The position numbers were made by a program, and so were the translations under genes. Positions 16,442-26,634 of a stretch of 64,000 nt of DNA are shown in pieces. Location: assembly GCA_963676565.1 (NCBI GenBank), contig OY781089.1, forward strand, positions 256,001 through 320,000, read 5' to 3'. Below the pieces are notes generated by a model. The model saw nothing but the letters and a program-made list of their open reading frames with translations. It made no database searches and was not told the DNA's origin. Each line of letters begins with the position of its first letter. Position 1 is the first letter of the stretch. Source of the DNA: Halarcobacter sp. (GTDB lineage Bacteria > Campylobacterota > Campylobacteria > Campylobacterales > Arcobacteraceae).

Positions 16442-18593
16442 TATTACCACCTAAATTTGCTTTAAACAACTCCTCTTTTGAACCATCAAAAGCTATTTGT
16501 CCATCATCTAAGATTATAACCCTATCAACAAGTTGAAGAAGCGAAGTTTTATGAGTAACTATTACTAATGTTTTGTTTTTAATAATTCTTTCAATTTTTG
16601 ATATAAAAGCCTTTTCTGTTTGTCTATCCATAGCATTTGTAGGTTCATCAAGCATCAATATACTTGGATTTGAGACTAAAGCCCTTGCAAGGGTTACAGA
16701 TTGTCGTTCCCCTCCACTTAAACCTTCTCCTCTTTCACCAACCATTAAATCAAAACCAGCTTCATGTTTCCCTAAAAACTCATCAAGTCCTGCAATTTTT
16801 GATACATTTATAAGTTCTTCATCTGATACATATTGTTCCCCAATAGTTATATTATCTTTAATTGTTCCCATAAATAAAAATGGTTCTTGAGGTACACATC
16901 CAACAGCATGTCTTAAATCAATTGGATCTATTTGTCTTGTATCAACTCCATCAATTAAAACCGACCCATTAGTTGGTTCATAAAGATTCATAATAAGTTT
17001 TAATAAAGTAGATTTTCCAGAACCTATTTTTCCTAAGATTGCAATTTTTTCACCTTCATTTATTTTTAGGTTTAAATTTTTTATTGTTTGGTGATTTTGT
17101 TCTTTATATGAAAAATTTAGATTTTTCAATACAATTTCACCTTTTAAATTTGGTCTACTTATATAAGTTTTATCCTCTTTTTCAAGTGGCATGTTCATTA
17201 CTTCATCTAAATTTTTTAAAGATAGCATTGTTTTATCAAATCTTATTAACAAACCAACTAGTTGAGAAATAGGCGAAATAACTCTTCCATTCAATATCAT
17301 AGCTGCAATAATAGCACCCATTGTAATTTCACCTTCAGAGGCTAAATAAACACCACCTGCAACTATTGCAATATTTGAAAACTGTGAAATAAAAGCTGTA
17401 AAAAAAGTGATGCTTTGAGATAAGAAATGACCCTTATCGGCATAATGAACTGTTTTAGTAACTGATTGATCCCAGTTTGTTCTCATCCTATTTTGGGCTC
17501 TTACACTTTTAATTATTTCTAAACCTGTTACAGATTCAATCAAAGTTGTTTGCTTAATTTGCTCCTCTTTAACAGATTTTTCAATTAGTTGTTTTAAAGG
17601 TCTTTGCATATACCACGAAGTAATCAATGAAATAATCACAGTTGTAATTGTAATGTAAGCTAAAGGACCACCTATATAAAATATCACACCAATAAATATT
17701 ATTACAAAAGGAAAATCTACAAAAGCAGCAATAGTAGCACTTGTAAAAAATTCTCTCACTGTTTCAAAAGATTGTAGTCTACTTACAAATTGTCCGGTAG
17801 AAGCTGGTTTTGATTCCATTTTTATATTTAATACATGATTGAAAATTCTATTGGCAACTAATGTATCTGTTCTTTTACTTGCTACTCCTAAAAAGTAAGA
17901 CCTTAAAACTTTAAGAATAAAATCAAAAAACATAACTAAAGATATCCCAATAAATAAAGCCCACATTGTTTCAATTGCATTATTAGGAAGTACTCTATCA
18001 TATACATTCATTGTAAAAAGAGGTGTTGCAAGAATAAAAAGATTTATAAAAAGTGAAACCATAATCACTTGCTTATAAATCCCTTTGTTTTTAAATAATG
18101 TTCCCCAAAACCACTCTTTAGGGTTTTCAACAAGAACCTCTTTTTCAACTCTATTATTAAAATTGAACTCTGGTTTTATAATTATTAATTCCCCAGTATA
18201 TTCAGAATTTAATTTATCTAAATCAATAGTTGTTTCCCCAGAACTTAATCCTGGCATTATAACTTTTGCAAGACCTTCTTTTTCATCATAATCTAGTAAT
18301 ATACAAGATCTATCATTATCCAATAAAAGAACAGAGGGTAAAGCCAATTTCGTAAGTTTAGTGATTTTTCTTTTTACAATTTTACTTGCAAGCCCAATTC
18401 TATTAGCAGATTCAATAAACATATCAATATTTAATGATCTATTATGAACTGGTAAATTAAACTTTAAAGATTCAGCAGAGGTTTCCCTTTTATGATATTT
18501 AGCAAGAAAGAGTAAACACTCAAGTAAAGTGTCTACTCTTCTTCTATCTTTTAAATTATTAAAGTTTTCTTCTAAGCCATTTTTATCTTGCAA
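16431..18593 (-). CDS. T1SS permease/ATPase (LapB/LssB-like) with an N-terminal C39-like domain
   Basis: PLFTMNVYDRV, Walker A GKIGSGKST, LSGGERQ, LDEPT. Confidence 0.96.
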   Translation of the reverse strand: MQDKNGLEENFNNLKDRRRVDTLLECLLFLAKYHKRETSAESLKFNLPVHNRSLNIDMFIESANRIGLASKIVKRKITKLTKLALPSVLLLDNDRSCILLDYDEKEGLAKVIMPGLSSGETTIDLDKLNSEYTGELIIIKPEFNFNNRVEKEVLVENPKEWFWGTLFKNKGIYKQVIMVSLFINLFILATPLFTMNVYDRVLPNNAIETMWALFIGISLVMFFDFILKVLRSYFLGVASKRTDTLVANRIFNHVLNIKMESKPASTGQFVSRLQSFETVREFFTSATIAAFVDFPFVIIFIGVIFYIGGPLAYITITTVIISLITSWYMQRPLKQLIEKSVKEEQIKQTTLIESVTGLEIIKSVRAQNRMRTNWDQSVTKTVHYADKGHFLSQSITFFTAFISQFSNIAIVAGGVYLASEGEITMGAIIAAMILNGRVISPISQLVGLLIRFDKTMLSLKNLDEVMNMPLEKEDKTYISRPNLKGEIVLKNLNFSYKEQNHQTIKNLNLKINEGEKIAILGKIGSGKSTLLKLIMNLYEPTNGSVLIDGVDTRQIDPIDLRHAVGCVPQEPFLFMGTIKDNITIGEQYVSDEELINVSKIAGLDEFLGKHEAGFDLMVGERGEGLSGGERQSVTLARALVSNPSILMLDEPTNAMDRQTEKAFISKIERIIKNKTLVIVTHKTSLLQLVDRVIILDDGQIAFDGSKEELFKANLGGNNGK

Positions 18594-18608
18594 GTTAAAT
18601 CCAATATT

Positions 18609-20411
18609 TTAATTATATTTCGCGTATAAAGCCTGATGTTTACTTATATTATCAACATAAGGTTTACCAGATAAAATACTTGGACTTAATGATTTAAGTG
18701 CCTCTTTCGCCTCTTTTACAGAACTATAAACTCCATATAAAACTTTTGCACTTTTCATACTAGGTCCAAATTCAAAGGCATAAGCATTATCTCCAAGGTT
18801 ATTTTCTTTTATGAATTTACTTGCTTCAACCATTCCATTTTTTGTAGCAATATTAATTGTAAAGAAATTTTTTGGAGCTTCTAGAAAAGACTTATATTCT
18901 GAAGTTGCCATTTTCATCGCATCAGATGATGCTTTTTTAGTGATTTCACTATCCATTGAACTTGCAACAGCTGTAGTATCTAAACCTAACTCATTTCTAA
19001 TTAGTTTACTATCAGAAGTACTAATTAAACCATTTAATTGTGATTCTGTTTCTTTATCTTGTTTTTTAGGGCTATAATCAATCACTCTTGGTTGAACATT
19101 TGCACAATCTTGATTAGGGTTAGACAAAATTGTATCAGTTAACATTGATAGATTAAACATTAAATCATAGTAATTATTTAATGCTGCATATTCCATATTT
19201 ATTAAACTTTTTGAAGAGTTATAAAGTTCAGTCTCTGCATCTAAGATATCAACAAAAGTTCTCGTACCAGCTTCAAATTCATTTCTATAAGCTTCAACAA
19301 TATTTACATTTGCTTCCACATATTTTGTTAATGCTTCAACTCTTTTTTTATATTTAAAATATTTACTATAAGTAGATTTTACATCTGCAACTACTTCATT
19401 AGTAATATTTTCTAATGTCTTTTTTCTCTCTTGTAGGAATATTTTCTCTTGTTCTGATCTAACGGAATCTCTATTACCATTATATAAGTTCCAATTTAGA
19501 TTTAATCTAGCATATGCATCTTTTTGTGTACCATTTTCATTTAACTCTAAATCATCATCAATAGATGCTTTTAATTCTAAATTTAAATTTGGAAGAAATT
19601 TTGAATCGTATTGTGCAATCTTTTCTCTTTGTTTTTTTATATTTTCAATCTCTTCTTGAATTCTATAATTTCTTAAAACAGCAAGTTCAATTGCTTCTTT
19701 TAATGTTCCAGGTACTTTTGATTCATCTATAGTTGGTCTACAAACATTACCTTTTGGTTCAGAACCAACAAATTTAAAATAATTTGCAATACCTGTATCT
19801 TTTAAATCTTGTTCTTCAATGTAACTATCTGTAACAAAATGTAGCTTTGAAGATACTTGATAGGTTTCTAAAACTTCCCCACTAATCTCTTCTTTTTCTT
19901 TTGCTGTAACTAAATTGTCTTCATGAACTTGAAGCATACTTTGTGATAAAACAATTCTTTCATCAAATTTAACTAAATCATTATATACTCTAACAGTATC
20001 TAAAATAGTATTTTCAATGGCATATAAACTTCTAAATTTATTTGCAAAATTTTGATGTTTCATTTCGCTAACTTGAGAAGGGGTTTCTCCACCATCATAT
20101 AAATACTGTCTTAAAATTATAGCTGCGTTGTAACCATCTTCAGTAGTGTTCACATCAGGAGTTGCATCATCAAAATCTTTATCAATTTTCGCAGTTTCTA
20201 AATATGATTCAAAATCTAATGTTGGTAGGTATAAACCTTCCCTATCATCAACATACATTCTATATGCTTCTTGATTTTTTCTCTCAGCTATAATATCTGG
20301 ATTATTATTAAGTGTTAACTCGACTGTATCTCTTAAACTATTTGCAAAAGAAGAAACAGATAATACTGCTAATCCTATACCAATACCAATAAATGCCATA
20401 CCCCGTTTCAT
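18609..20411 (-). CDS. TolC-family T1SS outer membrane protein (LapE/AggA-like) with a C-terminal SPOR-like extension
   Basis: Signal peptide; NNPDI, YLPTLD and GTRTFVDILDAE TolC motifs; the last ~85 aa contain VLYGVYSSVKEAKEALKSL...KPYV. Confidence 0.9.
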   Translation of the reverse strand: MKRGMAFIGIGIGLAVLSVSSFANSLRDTVELTLNNNPDIIAERKNQEAYRMYVDDREGLYLPTLDFESYLETAKIDKDFDDATPDVNTTEDGYNAAIILRQYLYDGGETPSQVSEMKHQNFANKFRSLYAIENTILDTVRVYNDLVKFDERIVLSQSMLQVHEDNLVTAKEKEEISGEVLETYQVSSKLHFVTDSYIEEQDLKDTGIANYFKFVGSEPKGNVCRPTIDESKVPGTLKEAIELAVLRNYRIQEEIENIKKQREKIAQYDSKFLPNLNLELKASIDDDLELNENGTQKDAYARLNLNWNLYNGNRDSVRSEQEKIFLQERKKTLENITNEVVADVKSTYSKYFKYKKRVEALTKYVEANVNIVEAYRNEFEAGTRTFVDILDAETELYNSSKSLINMEYAALNNYYDLMFNLSMLTDTILSNPNQDCANVQPRVIDYSPKKQDKETESQLNGLISTSDSKLIRNELGLDTTAVASSMDSEITKKASSDAMKMATSEYKSFLEAPKNFFTINIATKNGMVEASKFIKENNLGDNAYAFEFGPSMKSAKVLYGVYSSVKEAKEALKSLSPSILSGKPYVDNISKHQALYAKYN

Positions 20412-20525
20412 ATATTACCCCTTAAATAATTCTTAAGATTAATTTATAATTTTTAATTTTAAACTTTAATTATAAATTATTTTATTATCTTACATTTCAC
20501 TTATTCTAGCATAAAAAGATTAAAA

Positions 20526-21245
20526 ATGTATAGATTTGATAAAAATAATAAAAAAAATTTTAAATTTATTCTAAATTACCTTAATATATTGTATATTGAG
20601 GATGAAAAAAACATAAAAGAAAACATTGAGAAAACCTTAAAACTGATGGTTTCAAATGTTTTTTCATGTGAAAACATTGAAGAAGCAAAAAAAATCATTG
20701 AAAATAAAAGAATTGATTTAATTATTTCAGATATTAATTTACCAGGACAAAATGGCCTTGATTTTGTTGAAATGTTAAGAGAATGTAATAATATAACTCC
20801 AGTTATTTTATTATCAGCATATACCCAAAAAGATTATTTATTGAAAGCGACAAGATTAAAGCTTGTTGATTATCTAGTTAAGCCTATAAATTTTGATGAA
20901 CTAAAAAATTGTTTATATAGAGCTTGTGAAGAGATAATTGAAAAAGGTTTATTCATAATAAGTTTTGAGGAAGAGATCTCTTACAATGTTTTACAAAAGA
21001 AACTTTATTCAAAAGATGAGAAAACAATAGATTTAACACATAAAGAGATTTTACTTCTTGAATACTTAATTGAAAACAATAATAGAGTTGTAACCCATCA
21101 AGAGATTAAGGATCATATTTGGGAAGATATTTTTGAAGCAAGCGATTCTGCATTAAAAAATTTACTTAATAAACTTAGAAAAAAAATTGGTAAAAATAGC
21201 ATTGAAAACATTTCAGGGGTTGGATTTAGAATACATTTAAGTTAA
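20526..21245 (+). CDS. OmpR/PhoB-family response regulator, divergent from the T1SS operon
   Basis: ILYIEDE, ISDINLPG, KP, and winged helix LRKKI...GVGF. Confidence 0.93.
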   Translation: MYRFDKNNKKNFKFILNYLNILYIEDEKNIKENIEKTLKLMVSNVFSCENIEEAKKIIENKRIDLIISDINLPGQNGLDFVEMLRECNNITPVILLSAYTQKDYLLKATRLKLVDYLVKPINFDELKNCLYRACEEIIEKGLFIISFEEEISYNVLQKKLYSKDEKTIDLTHKEILLLEYLIENNNRVVTHQEIKDHIWEDIFEASDSALKNLLNKLRKKIGKNSIENISGVGFRIHLS

Positions 21246-21278
21246 AATATACTTTATAATATATCTAAAGGTTTAATC

Positions 21279-21581
21279 ATAAAAAAGTTTACTAGTTATA
21301 CACTTATTATAGTTTCAATTATCATAATTTTTTTTATTGGTGGATCAAACTACTTACACTATAAAATGAAAAAAGAATATCTTACTTATACTTTAATAAA
21401 CAGCGAAATACAAACTTTAAACGATATCTATTCATTATGTTCTGGATTAGTTTTAGCAAATCCAACAAAAGAAAATGTTGATAGTTGTAATTTTGTTTAT
21501 AAAAAAATTGAATATAAAATTGAAGAAGTGAAAGAAAAGTCACCACATATTTATTTTTATACAAAATATATAAGTGGCTAA
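21279..21581 (+). CDS. Small membrane-anchored hypothetical protein
   Basis: The tracked ORF 21366..21581 extends in frame 29 codons upstream to an ATA preceded by AAGG, adding KKFTSYTLIIVSIIIIFFIGG. Start is uncertain. Confidence 0.55.
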   Translation: MKKFTSYTLIIVSIIIIFFIGGSNYLHYKMKKEYLTYTLINSEIQTLNDIYSLCSGLVLANPTKENVDSCNFVYKKIEYKIEEVKEKSPHIYFYTKYISG

Positions 21582-21617
21582 AAAAAAGAGTACCATAAGG
21601 AATACTTATGATACTCT
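21581..21617 (-). terminator. Intrinsic terminator-like hairpin oriented for the minus strand
   Basis: Minus strand reads agagtatcataag-tattc-cttatggtactct followed by a T run. Confidence 0.6.
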
Positions 21618-21845
21618 AATAGATATGCATGAAATTAATCAATGTAATGATAACCCTAATATCATTAATCTACCCTTAATTTAGTATAATTTTTACTTAT
21701 AATACTAACTTATTATAAGATTTTATCTTTAATATTAATTAAAATAATATTTATTTCTATTATAATATTTATACAGTTTAGTAATAATCTTGAAACTAAA
21801 ACTTACTATACTGTTAACTTAAATTATCAAACCAAAGGATAAAAT

Positions 21846-22328
21846 TTGCTTGCTACATTTCCAAATGATGACCGCTACAAAATGGTTGAAAAAACAATGA
21901 AGAAACTAAGTTATGATAGAAGTGCATTAATTGAAACACTACACACTGCACAAGAAACTTTTGGTTATTTAGAAAATGAAACTCTAAAATTTATAGCTAG
22001 AAGATTAAAACTTCCATATTCAAAAGTTTATGGAGTTGCAACTTTTTATCATTTTTTTAGACTTAAACCAAAGGGGAAACATACAGTTGTAGTTTGCATG
22101 GGAACTGCATGTTATATTAAAGATGCAAATAAGATTCTAGAAAAACTGGAAAATAAATTTAATATAAAAGCAGGAGAAACAACAAAGGATGGTTTACTTT
22201 CCCTTATAAGTGCAAGATGTGTTGGTTCATGTTCTTTAGCTCCCATAGCAATTTATGATAACAAAGCAATAGGACATTTAAGTATAGAACAATCTATTGA
22301 AGAGGCACAGGAGTTAATAAAATGTTAA
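21846..22328 (+). CDS. hoxE: Bidirectional hydrogenase diaphorase subunit HoxE ([2Fe-2S], NuoE-like)
   Basis: VYGVATFYHFF, CMGTAC, CVGSC; TTG start with AAGGA; operon context. Confidence 0.92.
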   Translation: MLATFPNDDRYKMVEKTMKKLSYDRSALIETLHTAQETFGYLENETLKFIARRLKLPYSKVYGVATFYHFFRLKPKGKHTVVVCMGTACYIKDANKILEKLENKFNIKAGETTKDGLLSLISARCVGSCSLAPIAIYDNKAIGHLSIEQSIEEAQELIKC

Positions 22329-23941
22329 ACTCATTAGAAGAATTAATTGAATTAGCAAGTGAGAAAAGAGATTTAAAAAGAAATTCTCACGAGGAATTAA
22401 GAGTTTGTATAGGAAGTTCATGTGCAGCCTTAAATGCAAACGACCTATTAAAAGATTTAAAAAAAGAGGTTAAAGAAAATAACCTTGATAAAAGATGCAA
22501 AGTAAAAGGTGTAGGATGTAATGGACTTTGCTCTGAAGCTATTATGGTTGCCCATTATCATAAAGTAGGTGAAAGGGAATCAATTTATAGTTTTATTGAC
22601 AGTTCAAATACAAAAGATTTTATTGATACTTTAAATACTGAAACTCCTATAGAAGAAAAAAAATGTGATATATCAAAACCATTCTTTACAAGACAAGAAA
22701 AAATAGTTTTAGAAAATGCAGGAATAGTTGACCCAGATGATATTGATGATTATATTGCATATGATGGTTATCAAGCATTTTATAAAGCTTTAGATGAAAT
22801 GAGTCCTCAAGAAGTAATTAATGAGATTAAAACAAGTGGACTTCGAGGTAGAGGTGGAGGTGGATATCCAACAGGATTAAAATGGGATTCTGTTGCCAAA
22901 GTGGATGCTGATCAAAAATATATAGTTTGTAATGGTGATGAAGGTGACCCCGGAGCCTTTATGGATAGAGCCATAATGGAAGCAGATCCCCATAAAATAA
23001 TTGAGGGTATGGCTTTAGCAGGATATGCATGTGGTGCAACAAAAGGTTATATATATGTAAGAGCTGAATATCCAATTGCTGTTCAAAAACTAAATAAAGC
23101 AATCAAACAAGCAAGAAAAAAGGGGATTTTAGGAACTCAAATTGCTGATAGTGGTTTTAGCTTCGATTTAGAAGTTAGACTTGGTGGTGGAGCCTTTGTT
23201 TGTGGAGAAGCAACAGCCCTTGTTACATCAATTGAAGGAAATCGTGGAAACCCTAGACAAAAGCCACCACACTTAAGTGATTATGGTTTATGGAAATCTC
23301 CAACAATTTTAAATAATGTAGAAACCTTTGCAAATATAGCTCCAATTATTAGAAAAGGTGGAGAATGGTTTAAATCTTTTGGAACTGAAAAATCTCCTGG
23401 AACAAAAGTATTTGCATTAACTGGACATATTAAAAATACTGGATTAGTTGAAGTTCCTATGGGAATAACACTAAGGGAACTTATTTTTGAAGTTGGAGGA
23501 GGATTAGCTGAAGGGACAAAGTTAAAAGCTATTCAAACAGGTGGGCCAAGCGGTGGTTGTATTCCCGTTGAACTACTTGATACACCAGTTGATTATGAAT
23601 CTTTAAAAGAGATAGGTTCAATCATGGGAAGTGGTGGACTAATAGTTATGGATGATAGTTCAAATATGGTTGAAGTAGCTAGATTCTTTATGGATTTTTG
23701 TCAAAGTGAATCTTGTGGAAAATGTGTTCCATGCAGAGTTGGAACTTTAGAATTAACACAATTACTTGATAAGTTTATTGCTAAAAAAGCAACAAAAAGT
23801 GATTATGAATTATTAAAAAATATGTGTGAAGTTGTGCAGGATACAAGTCTATGTGGACTTGGACAAACAGCACCAAATCCAGTACTTAGTACAATAAAAT
23901 ATTTTGAAGAAGAGTATTTAGAAGGGATAATAAATGATTAA
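22322..23941 (+). CDS. hoxF: HoxF, the FMN/NAD(P)-binding diaphorase subunit
   Basis: GLRGRGGGGYPTG, CNGDEGDPGAFMD, SCGKCVPCR...LCGLG; N-terminal thioredoxin-like [2Fe-2S] domain. Confidence 0.95.
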   Translation: MLNSLEELIELASEKRDLKRNSHEELRVCIGSSCAALNANDLLKDLKKEVKENNLDKRCKVKGVGCNGLCSEAIMVAHYHKVGERESIYSFIDSSNTKDFIDTLNTETPIEEKKCDISKPFFTRQEKIVLENAGIVDPDDIDDYIAYDGYQAFYKALDEMSPQEVINEIKTSGLRGRGGGGYPTGLKWDSVAKVDADQKYIVCNGDEGDPGAFMDRAIMEADPHKIIEGMALAGYACGATKGYIYVRAEYPIAVQKLNKAIKQARKKGILGTQIADSGFSFDLEVRLGGGAFVCGEATALVTSIEGNRGNPRQKPPHLSDYGLWKSPTILNNVETFANIAPIIRKGGEWFKSFGTEKSPGTKVFALTGHIKNTGLVEVPMGITLRELIFEVGGGLAEGTKLKAIQTGGPSGGCIPVELLDTPVDYESLKEIGSIMGSGGLIVMDDSSNMVEVARFFMDFCQSESCGKCVPCRVGTLELTQLLDKFIAKKATKSDYELLKNMCEVVQDTSLCGLGQTAPNPVLSTIKYFEEEYLEGIIND

Positions 23942-24653
23942 AGAAAAAGTTAGAGTAAAAACCTTTAAAATAAATGATATTGATGTGACAGGAAAATCAA
24001 ATTCTTCAATACTTGAAGTAGCAACCGAACATGATATTAAAATACCAACTTTGTGTTATATGAAAGGTTTAAGTGCCGTTGGATCTTGTAGAATGTGCTT
24101 AGTAGAAGTAAAAGGAAGTGATAAACTAATTCCTGCATGTACTTCAAAAATAAAAGAAGGAATGGAAGTTATTACAAACTCTCCAAAGCTTGAAAGCCAT
24201 AGAAAAATGGTTTTATCTATGATATTTGCAGAAAGAACTCACACTTGTAGTGTTTGTGTATCAAATGGTCATTGTGAACTACAAGATCAAGCAATAGAAC
24301 TTGGACTTGAACACTCTCATGTTCCATATATTAATAAAAACTTTGAAATTGATGCATCACATAAAGATTATGTTTATGACCCAAATAGATGTATCTTATG
24401 TACTAGATGTGTTAGAGTTTGTGATGAAGTTGAAGGTGCCCATGCTTTAGATATCTTTGGCCGTGGAATTGATGCTAAGATTATTCATGATATGGATGAA
24501 CCATGGGCAGACAGTGAAAGCTGTACTTCTTGTGGAAAATGTGTGCAGGTATGTCCAACTGGGTCATTATTTGAAAAAGGTGTAAGTTCAACAGAGATGG
24601 TTAAAAAGAAAAATATTGTAACAAACCTAATTCAAATGAGGGAAAATAGATGA
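23934..24653 (+). CDS. hoxU: HoxU Fe-S diaphorase subunit
   Basis: IPTLC, GSCRMC, HTCSVC...CELQ, CILCTRCVRVC, CTSCGKCVQVCP. Confidence 0.95.
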   Translation: MIKEKVRVKTFKINDIDVTGKSNSSILEVATEHDIKIPTLCYMKGLSAVGSCRMCLVEVKGSDKLIPACTSKIKEGMEVITNSPKLESHRKMVLSMIFAERTHTCSVCVSNGHCELQDQAIELGLEHSHVPYINKNFEIDASHKDYVYDPNRCILCTRCVRVCDEVEGAHALDIFGRGIDAKIIHDMDEPWADSESCTSCGKCVQVCPTGSLFEKGVSSTEMVKKKNIVTNLIQMRENR

Positions 24654-25186
24654 AAAAGATAAAAGTAGGAACAGTTTGGCTTGATGGTTGTTCTGGTTGT
24701 CATATGTCTTTTCTAGACATGGATGAAAGAATTGTTGAATTATCTGAATATATGGATGTAGTTTATTCTCCTTATGTTGATGCAAAAGAGATTCCAAATG
24801 AACTTGATTTATTCATAGTTGAAGGGGCTTTAAGTACAGATCATGATATTAAAATTATAAAAGAGATTCGAAAAAATTCGAAAAAAATCTTAGCATTGGG
24901 TGATTGTGCAATTACAGGAAATGTATCTGCATTAAAAAACCTAGCAGGAACCGATGCAGTTTTAGAAAAAGGATATTTTGACCTAGCTGATTTTAATAAA
25001 GGTAAATACCCAGATAAGGTAATTCCAAAACTTTTAGACAAGGTTATCCCTCTTAATGAAGCTATAGATGTTGATTATTTTGTTCCTGGCTGCCCAACTC
25101 CAGCAGATGCAATTTATGCAGTGTTAAAAGGTCTTATTGAAGGTGTTGAAGTTGATGTTAGTAAATATACAAGATTTGGCTTATAG
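24650..25186 (+). CDS. hoxY: HoxY hydrogenase small subunit
   Basis: WLDGCSGCHMSFLD, GDCA, PGCP; 178 aa, single-cluster type. Confidence 0.95.
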   Translation: MKKIKVGTVWLDGCSGCHMSFLDMDERIVELSEYMDVVYSPYVDAKEIPNELDLFIVEGALSTDHDIKIIKEIRKNSKKILALGDCAITGNVSALKNLAGTDAVLEKGYFDLADFNKGKYPDKVIPKLLDKVIPLNEAIDVDYFVPGCPTPADAIYAVLKGLIEGVEVDVSKYTRFGL

Positions 25187-25195
25187 GAGAGATTT

Positions 25196-26626
25196 ATGGG
25201 AAAAGAAAAAATTGTAATTAGTCCAGTAACAAGAATAGAAGGGCATGCAAAAATCACTATTGATTTAGATGAAAATAAAAATGTTGAGGATGCGAGATTA
25301 CATGTAACTCAATATAGAGGTTTCGAAAAAATGTGTGAAGGAAGACCATACTCAGAGATGCCAGGACTAACTGCACGAACATGTGGAATTTGCCCAGTGA
25401 GTCATGCAATTTCATCTTCAAAAGCCTGTGATAATCTATTGGCCGTAAGACCTCCTAAAGCTGGAAGAAACTTAAGAAGAATAATAAACCTTGCTCAAAT
25501 CATCCAATCACATGCTTTAAATTTCTATCATCTTAGTTCCCCTGATTTTGTATTTGGTTTTGATGCAGCCCCTGAGGATAGAAATATTTTTAAACTTATG
25601 CAAACCCACCCTCAAATGGCAAAGGATGGAATAAAACTTAGAGCTTTTGGTCAAAAAATAATTGAAACCCTTGGAGGGAAAAGAATACATCCAACATGGA
25701 TTGTTCCAGGTGGTGTTAGTCATGAAATAAGCGTGGAAACCAAAGATTCTATCTTAGCTTCAATTCCTGAAGCTTTAGAGATTGCACAAACAGCCTTAAA
25801 ATACTTTACTGAGAACTTACATAAATTTCAAAAAGAGATTGATTCTTTCGCAAACTTTCCATCTTTATTTATGGGATTAGTAAACAAAAAAGGTAATCTT
25901 GAACACTATGATGGATTTTTAAGATTTATAGATAGTCAAGGAAATATCTTAGAAGATGGAATTGATCCAAGATTTTATAAAGATTATATTGGAGAAGCAG
26001 TTGAAGAGGATAGTTATTTAAAATCTCCATATTATAAACCACTTGGATACCCAAATGGTATGTATAGAGTAGGTCCTCTTGCTAGACTAAATATCGCAAA
26101 TGCTTGTGGAACTCCTCTTGCTGATATTGAATTTGAAAAGTTTAAAAATATAAATAATGGTAAACCAGTACTTAATACTTTTTATTACCATTATGCAAGA
26201 TTAATTGAGATTATATATGGAATTGAAAGAATTGAACAACTACTAAATGAACCACAAACACTTGATACTCAAATTAGAGCCCATGCAAATATTAATAGAA
26301 ACCAAGGTGTTGGGTGTTCTGAAGCTCCAAGGGGAACATTATTCCATGATTACCAAAGTGATGATAATGGGATAATTACAGGTGTTAATCTAATCATTGC
26401 AACAGGTAACAATAACCTTGCAATGAATGCAGGGGTTAAACAAGTTGCCCAAACTTTTCTAGATGGAAATGATATAAAAGAGGGAGCACTTAATAGAGTT
26501 GAAGCTGTTATTAGATGTTTTGACCCATGTCTTAGTTGTTCTACCCATGCTCAAGGAATTGTCTCTTCAACAATTGAGATTAGAGATGAAAAGAAAAATA
26601 TAATTGAAACTATAAGAAGAGGATAA
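25196..26626 (+). CDS. hoxH: HoxH [NiFe] hydrogenase large subunit (group 3d)
   Basis: TRIEGH, L1 RTCGICPVSH, EAPRG, L2 DPCLSCSTH plus a cleavable C-terminal tail. Confidence 0.96.
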   Translation: MGKEKIVISPVTRIEGHAKITIDLDENKNVEDARLHVTQYRGFEKMCEGRPYSEMPGLTARTCGICPVSHAISSSKACDNLLAVRPPKAGRNLRRIINLAQIIQSHALNFYHLSSPDFVFGFDAAPEDRNIFKLMQTHPQMAKDGIKLRAFGQKIIETLGGKRIHPTWIVPGGVSHEISVETKDSILASIPEALEIAQTALKYFTENLHKFQKEIDSFANFPSLFMGLVNKKGNLEHYDGFLRFIDSQGNILEDGIDPRFYKDYIGEAVEEDSYLKSPYYKPLGYPNGMYRVGPLARLNIANACGTPLADIEFEKFKNINNGKPVLNTFYYHYARLIEIIYGIERIEQLLNEPQTLDTQIRAHANINRNQGVGCSEAPRGTLFHDYQSDDNGIITGVNLIIATGNNNLAMNAGVKQVAQTFLDGNDIKEGALNRVEAVIRCFDPCLSCSTHAQGIVSSTIEIRDEKKNIIETIRRG

Positions 26627-26634
26627 ATCAAAAA

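Noticed and set aside
21846..24653. NuoEFG of respiratory complex I
   Set aside because: The genes are followed directly by hoxY, hoxH and a maturation protease. There are no membrane nuo genes, and the third subunit is HoxU-sized.
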